This document shows positions 13,849 to 15,998 of a stretch of 15,998 bases of DNA, one piece after another. The stretch is from IMG/VR virus record IMGVR_UViG_3300037418_002559, positions 1 through 15,998 of that record. One strand, 5' to 3'. This DNA is from a virus. Lineage: Duplodnaviria > Heunggongvirae > Uroviricota > Caudoviricetes. A program made the position numbers and the translations under genes. A model generated the notes under the pieces. It made no database searches and was not told where the DNA came from. It worked only from the letters and a program-made list of their open reading frames with translations. Numbering within the stretch: the first letter of the stretch is position 1; every line of letters starts with the position of its first letter.

Positions 13849-14019
13849 CTACCGTGCATCCAGACTTTCACGCAGGAACAGGCCGTCTTCAATTTCACGC
13901 AGGCGGTAGAATACCAGCCCGTTGTGGCTCTCTGTAGCGCCGACGGTGAATGCTTCTTTCACACGTAGTTCTCTTTGCTGCACCAAGGTGACTTTGCTGC
14001 CGACTTTCAAATCGTGCAT
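13849..14019 (-). CDS. Small hypothetical protein (56 aa)
   Basis: GGAGG SD with 5-nt spacer before ATG 14019 (the ORF track gives a longer upstream start): MHDLKVGSKVTLVQQRELRVKEAFTVG... Confidence 0.6.
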   Translation of the reverse strand: MHDLKVGSKVTLVQQRELRVKEAFTVGATESHNGLVFYRLREIEDGLFLRESLDAR

Positions 14020-14364
14020 GCTTGCCTCCAATGACTTACTTTGCGGGGAGGCAGCCCCGATGAAGCTCTGCCTCCGTATTCCGCACAGTTCCCGAACAGC
14101 CTTCTGGGCCTCTCGTCGGGTGCTCAGCACTGAATCCAGTGCCAACATCAATCATTATAAGGCCGCCAGCAGGTGTCGCCTTCTAGACGACTGCTGCAGC
14201 AAGCGTAATGGTAATCATAGACAGCGTCTACACAGAGCAAGCTCCGGAACGAGCTAGCCAACCTCCGCGCCTACTAGCGGCCTGTAACTATTATAAGCGC
14301 CGCTTCGGTCGCAGTGCGCCGAGTATCGCACCAGCCATTGTGAACCCAATTCCTATGCGCGCTC

Positions 14365-14529
14365 TCAGCCACATATACGCACCGGACTTACAGCACCACA
14401 CGTCTTCGTCATATAAGCGTGGATGGCGGCCTCGTACGGCGTCAATGGGCGCTCTTCTTTCGTCGTTACGGGTGTCGCCTTGACGAGCTTGGCCGACCGA
14501 GATTTCTTAGCCGAACTCTGTTTCTTCAT
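14365..14529 (-). CDS. Small basic hypothetical protein (54 aa), below the ORF-track cutoff
   Basis: GAGG upstream, starts just after the stop of 14537..14980. Translation: MKKQSSAKKSRSAKLVKATPVTTKEERPLTPYEAAIHAYMTKTCGAVSPVRICG*. Confidence 0.5.
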   Translation of the reverse strand: MKKQSSAKKSRSAKLVKATPVTTKEERPLTPYEAAIHAYMTKTCGAVSPVRICG

Positions 14530-14536
14530 CTCGTTG

Positions 14537-14980
14537 TTACCTCAACGGCTGCAGGCCCCACGTGCGCAGCCCCATGATTGCTTTGCCGGATTCGTCGTGA
14601 CATCTTACTGGAGACCAGACACGAGTGCAGTCCGTAGCGACAATGGCCGACACGAACCCCACCTTCGTGTCCGGTCCGCCCACAAACCGATGGGTCTCCG
14701 CCTCAATCGCTTCCTGCGCTTTCTTCCTACGCACATGTAAGTGTGCTTTGCAGGTGGGCCAGATCCCGTAGTTCTCCAGACGTGCAGCTTCTTCAAGGCT
14801 CAGTACGCAAATATCCAAGATGTAGTTCTCGCAAGGAATCCGATCGTTAGTCAGGGGCTTCACCCGTTGAATCTGACGGCGCTGATCGGGGCGTCGTTCA
14901 GACAGCGTGCTTCTTTCGTAGATTCCACCTAATCCATCACACGTTCGTTTCGCGGTAGCTTCATCATACCGCCGGGTCAT
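14537..14980 (-). CDS. Hypothetical protein (start uncertain)
   Basis: 147-aa ORF, first minus-strand gene after the AT-rich region. No recognisable family. Confidence 0.5.
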   Translation of the reverse strand: MTRRYDEATAKRTCDGLGGIYERSTLSERRPDQRRQIQRVKPLTNDRIPCENYILDICVLSLEEAARLENYGIWPTCKAHLHVRRKKAQEAIEAETHRFVGGPDTKVGFVSAIVATDCTRVWSPVRCHDESGKAIMGLRTWGLQPLR

Positions 14981-15019
14981 CCGAAACGGGGATTTATTTT
15001 TCAGAACCTACTAAATTGT

Positions 15020-15400
15020 AGAATGAGGGAATCCAACAGCTTATTTTCCAACCACTTAGCTCTAAATCCCTCGATCCCTCAGATGGCCACTCAATCATGG
15101 TCGAGGGAAAGGTTTTCCGCGACTGGCCTACTCTGGGTGGTATCCCTCAATCTATTATTCTCTTATAAGTTATTTATATAATATGTATATGTAATATCTA
15201 TAGTATTATTAGATATATTTTTATCCCTATATGCGTTTTGGAAGTGGTAACGAGGGAACCCTTACGAGGGAGGCTAACTGTATATAAATCAGCCACTTGC
15301 ATTTTTGGTTCCCTCGCGCCGCGCCGGTGAGCCTTTTCCAAACTAGCGTTTAAGCCCCTTCTATAGTAATATAGAAGCTCACCACTTACAATCTATAAGG
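15020..15400. promoter_or_regulatory. AT-rich divergent control region with repeated motifs (origin-like or packaging-site-like)
   Basis: 15151-15230 has 12 G/C in 80 nt. It is flanked by repeated CCCTC/GAGGG motifs, a perfect 10-bp inverted repeat (15251-15260 / 15307-15316), and IHF-consensus-like sites at 15031-15043, 15046-15058 and 15287-15299. Confidence 0.6.
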
Positions 15401-15407
15401 AGCCACT

Positions 15408-15992
15408 TTGGCACGACTCATGAAGGCTTTTACGCTCGATCTAGAGGTCATCAGCGCTCTAGAGCAGCTTCGTGACAGTCCACCCGACTGTCCCCACTTA
15501 CAGTTGATTAAGCGAATTTTATACGGAGAACGGAGGACTGAGAACGAAGAAGTTCTGGATGACGACGATATGTTTCCTTCTGATTATGAAGAGATGTATG
15601 CACAGCTGCGTCCCGAGCCGAAGCCGCATCCAACGATGAACGCTGTCGCTGCGAAGCTGTGGAAGACGAAACGTTTACCCAATCTGAAAGCGTTGTACGC
15701 TGCTGGTTTCGCGGAAGGTCCAGTGTTCTACGCTACCTTTCACAGTGAAGTCAAGCAGCGCCAACGCGCAAACAAGCGCCGCCTTACACGTTGTGTACCT
15801 GGCGAACCTCTAAATGCAAGCCGTATTACAGAAGCAATCATCAGCCTTGGATTAGAAGCACTACAGGAAAGGGTTGCACGCCTTGGATCTGCGGGAAGTA
15901 AGAGAAAAAATGTTGGCGAAAGCCAAGACAAGCTGCCTTACACCGGGCGACGTAAAAAAGTTGCGGTTTCAGCCGTACGAGGAGAATCATGA
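15408..15992 (+). CDS. Hypothetical protein, possible DNA-binding (ribbon-helix-helix-like termini)
   Basis: AAGGAG SD with 5-nt spacer then TTG, 194 aa. It is the only credible plus-strand gene in the window. Confidence 0.7.
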   Translation: MARLMKAFTLDLEVISALEQLRDSPPDCPHLQLIKRILYGERRTENEEVLDDDDMFPSDYEEMYAQLRPEPKPHPTMNAVAAKLWKTKRLPNLKALYAAGFAEGPVFYATFHSEVKQRQRANKRRLTRCVPGEPLNASRITEAIISLGLEALQERVARLGSAGSKRKNVGESQDKLPYTGRRKKVAVSAVRGES

Positions 15993-15998
15993 TCTAGA

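Noticed and set aside
14406-14418. Fourth CGCTTATATG promoter-like motif
   Set aside because: It is an imperfect match and lies inside the 14365..14529 coding frame.
15989-15998. SD plus ATG ATC TAG at the window end, suggesting TAG read-through or recoding
   Set aside because: Several genes (terS, 8779..9243, 11826..11996, 9943..10089) end in TAG immediately before the next gene's start, so TAG behaves as a stop. There is too little sequence to evaluate further.

Overview
The window looks like part of a tailed dsDNA phage or prophage. Almost everything is on the minus strand. Read in transcription order (high to low coordinates) it carries: an AT-rich, repeat-flanked control or origin-like region (~15020-15400); a few small ORFs; a ~1 kb structured-RNA locus (12772-13790); a packaging module (terS, HNH nuclease, terL); a block of membrane/lysis-like and hypothetical genes; a 671-aa modular protein punctuated by (A/G/T)-x-D-(A/S/V) linkers; a SPP1 gp7/Mu F-type head morphogenesis gene; and three signal-peptide-bearing fibre or beta-helix proteins, the last cut by the window edge. 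The most striking element is the RNA locus. It holds a canonical tRNA-Pro(UGG), a tRNA-Ser-like molecule with no anticodon loop, and what appears to be a circularly permuted (two-piece) tmRNA gene. In that gene the T-arm/CCA half comes first, then a 146-nt intervening segment closed by a perfect 13-bp inverted repeat, then the GGGCCUG 5' half with a 27-codon tag frame ending QLAA*. No portal, capsid, integrase or smpB gene is visible in the window. All calls were made by eye from the sequence; no database searches or folding programs were run.
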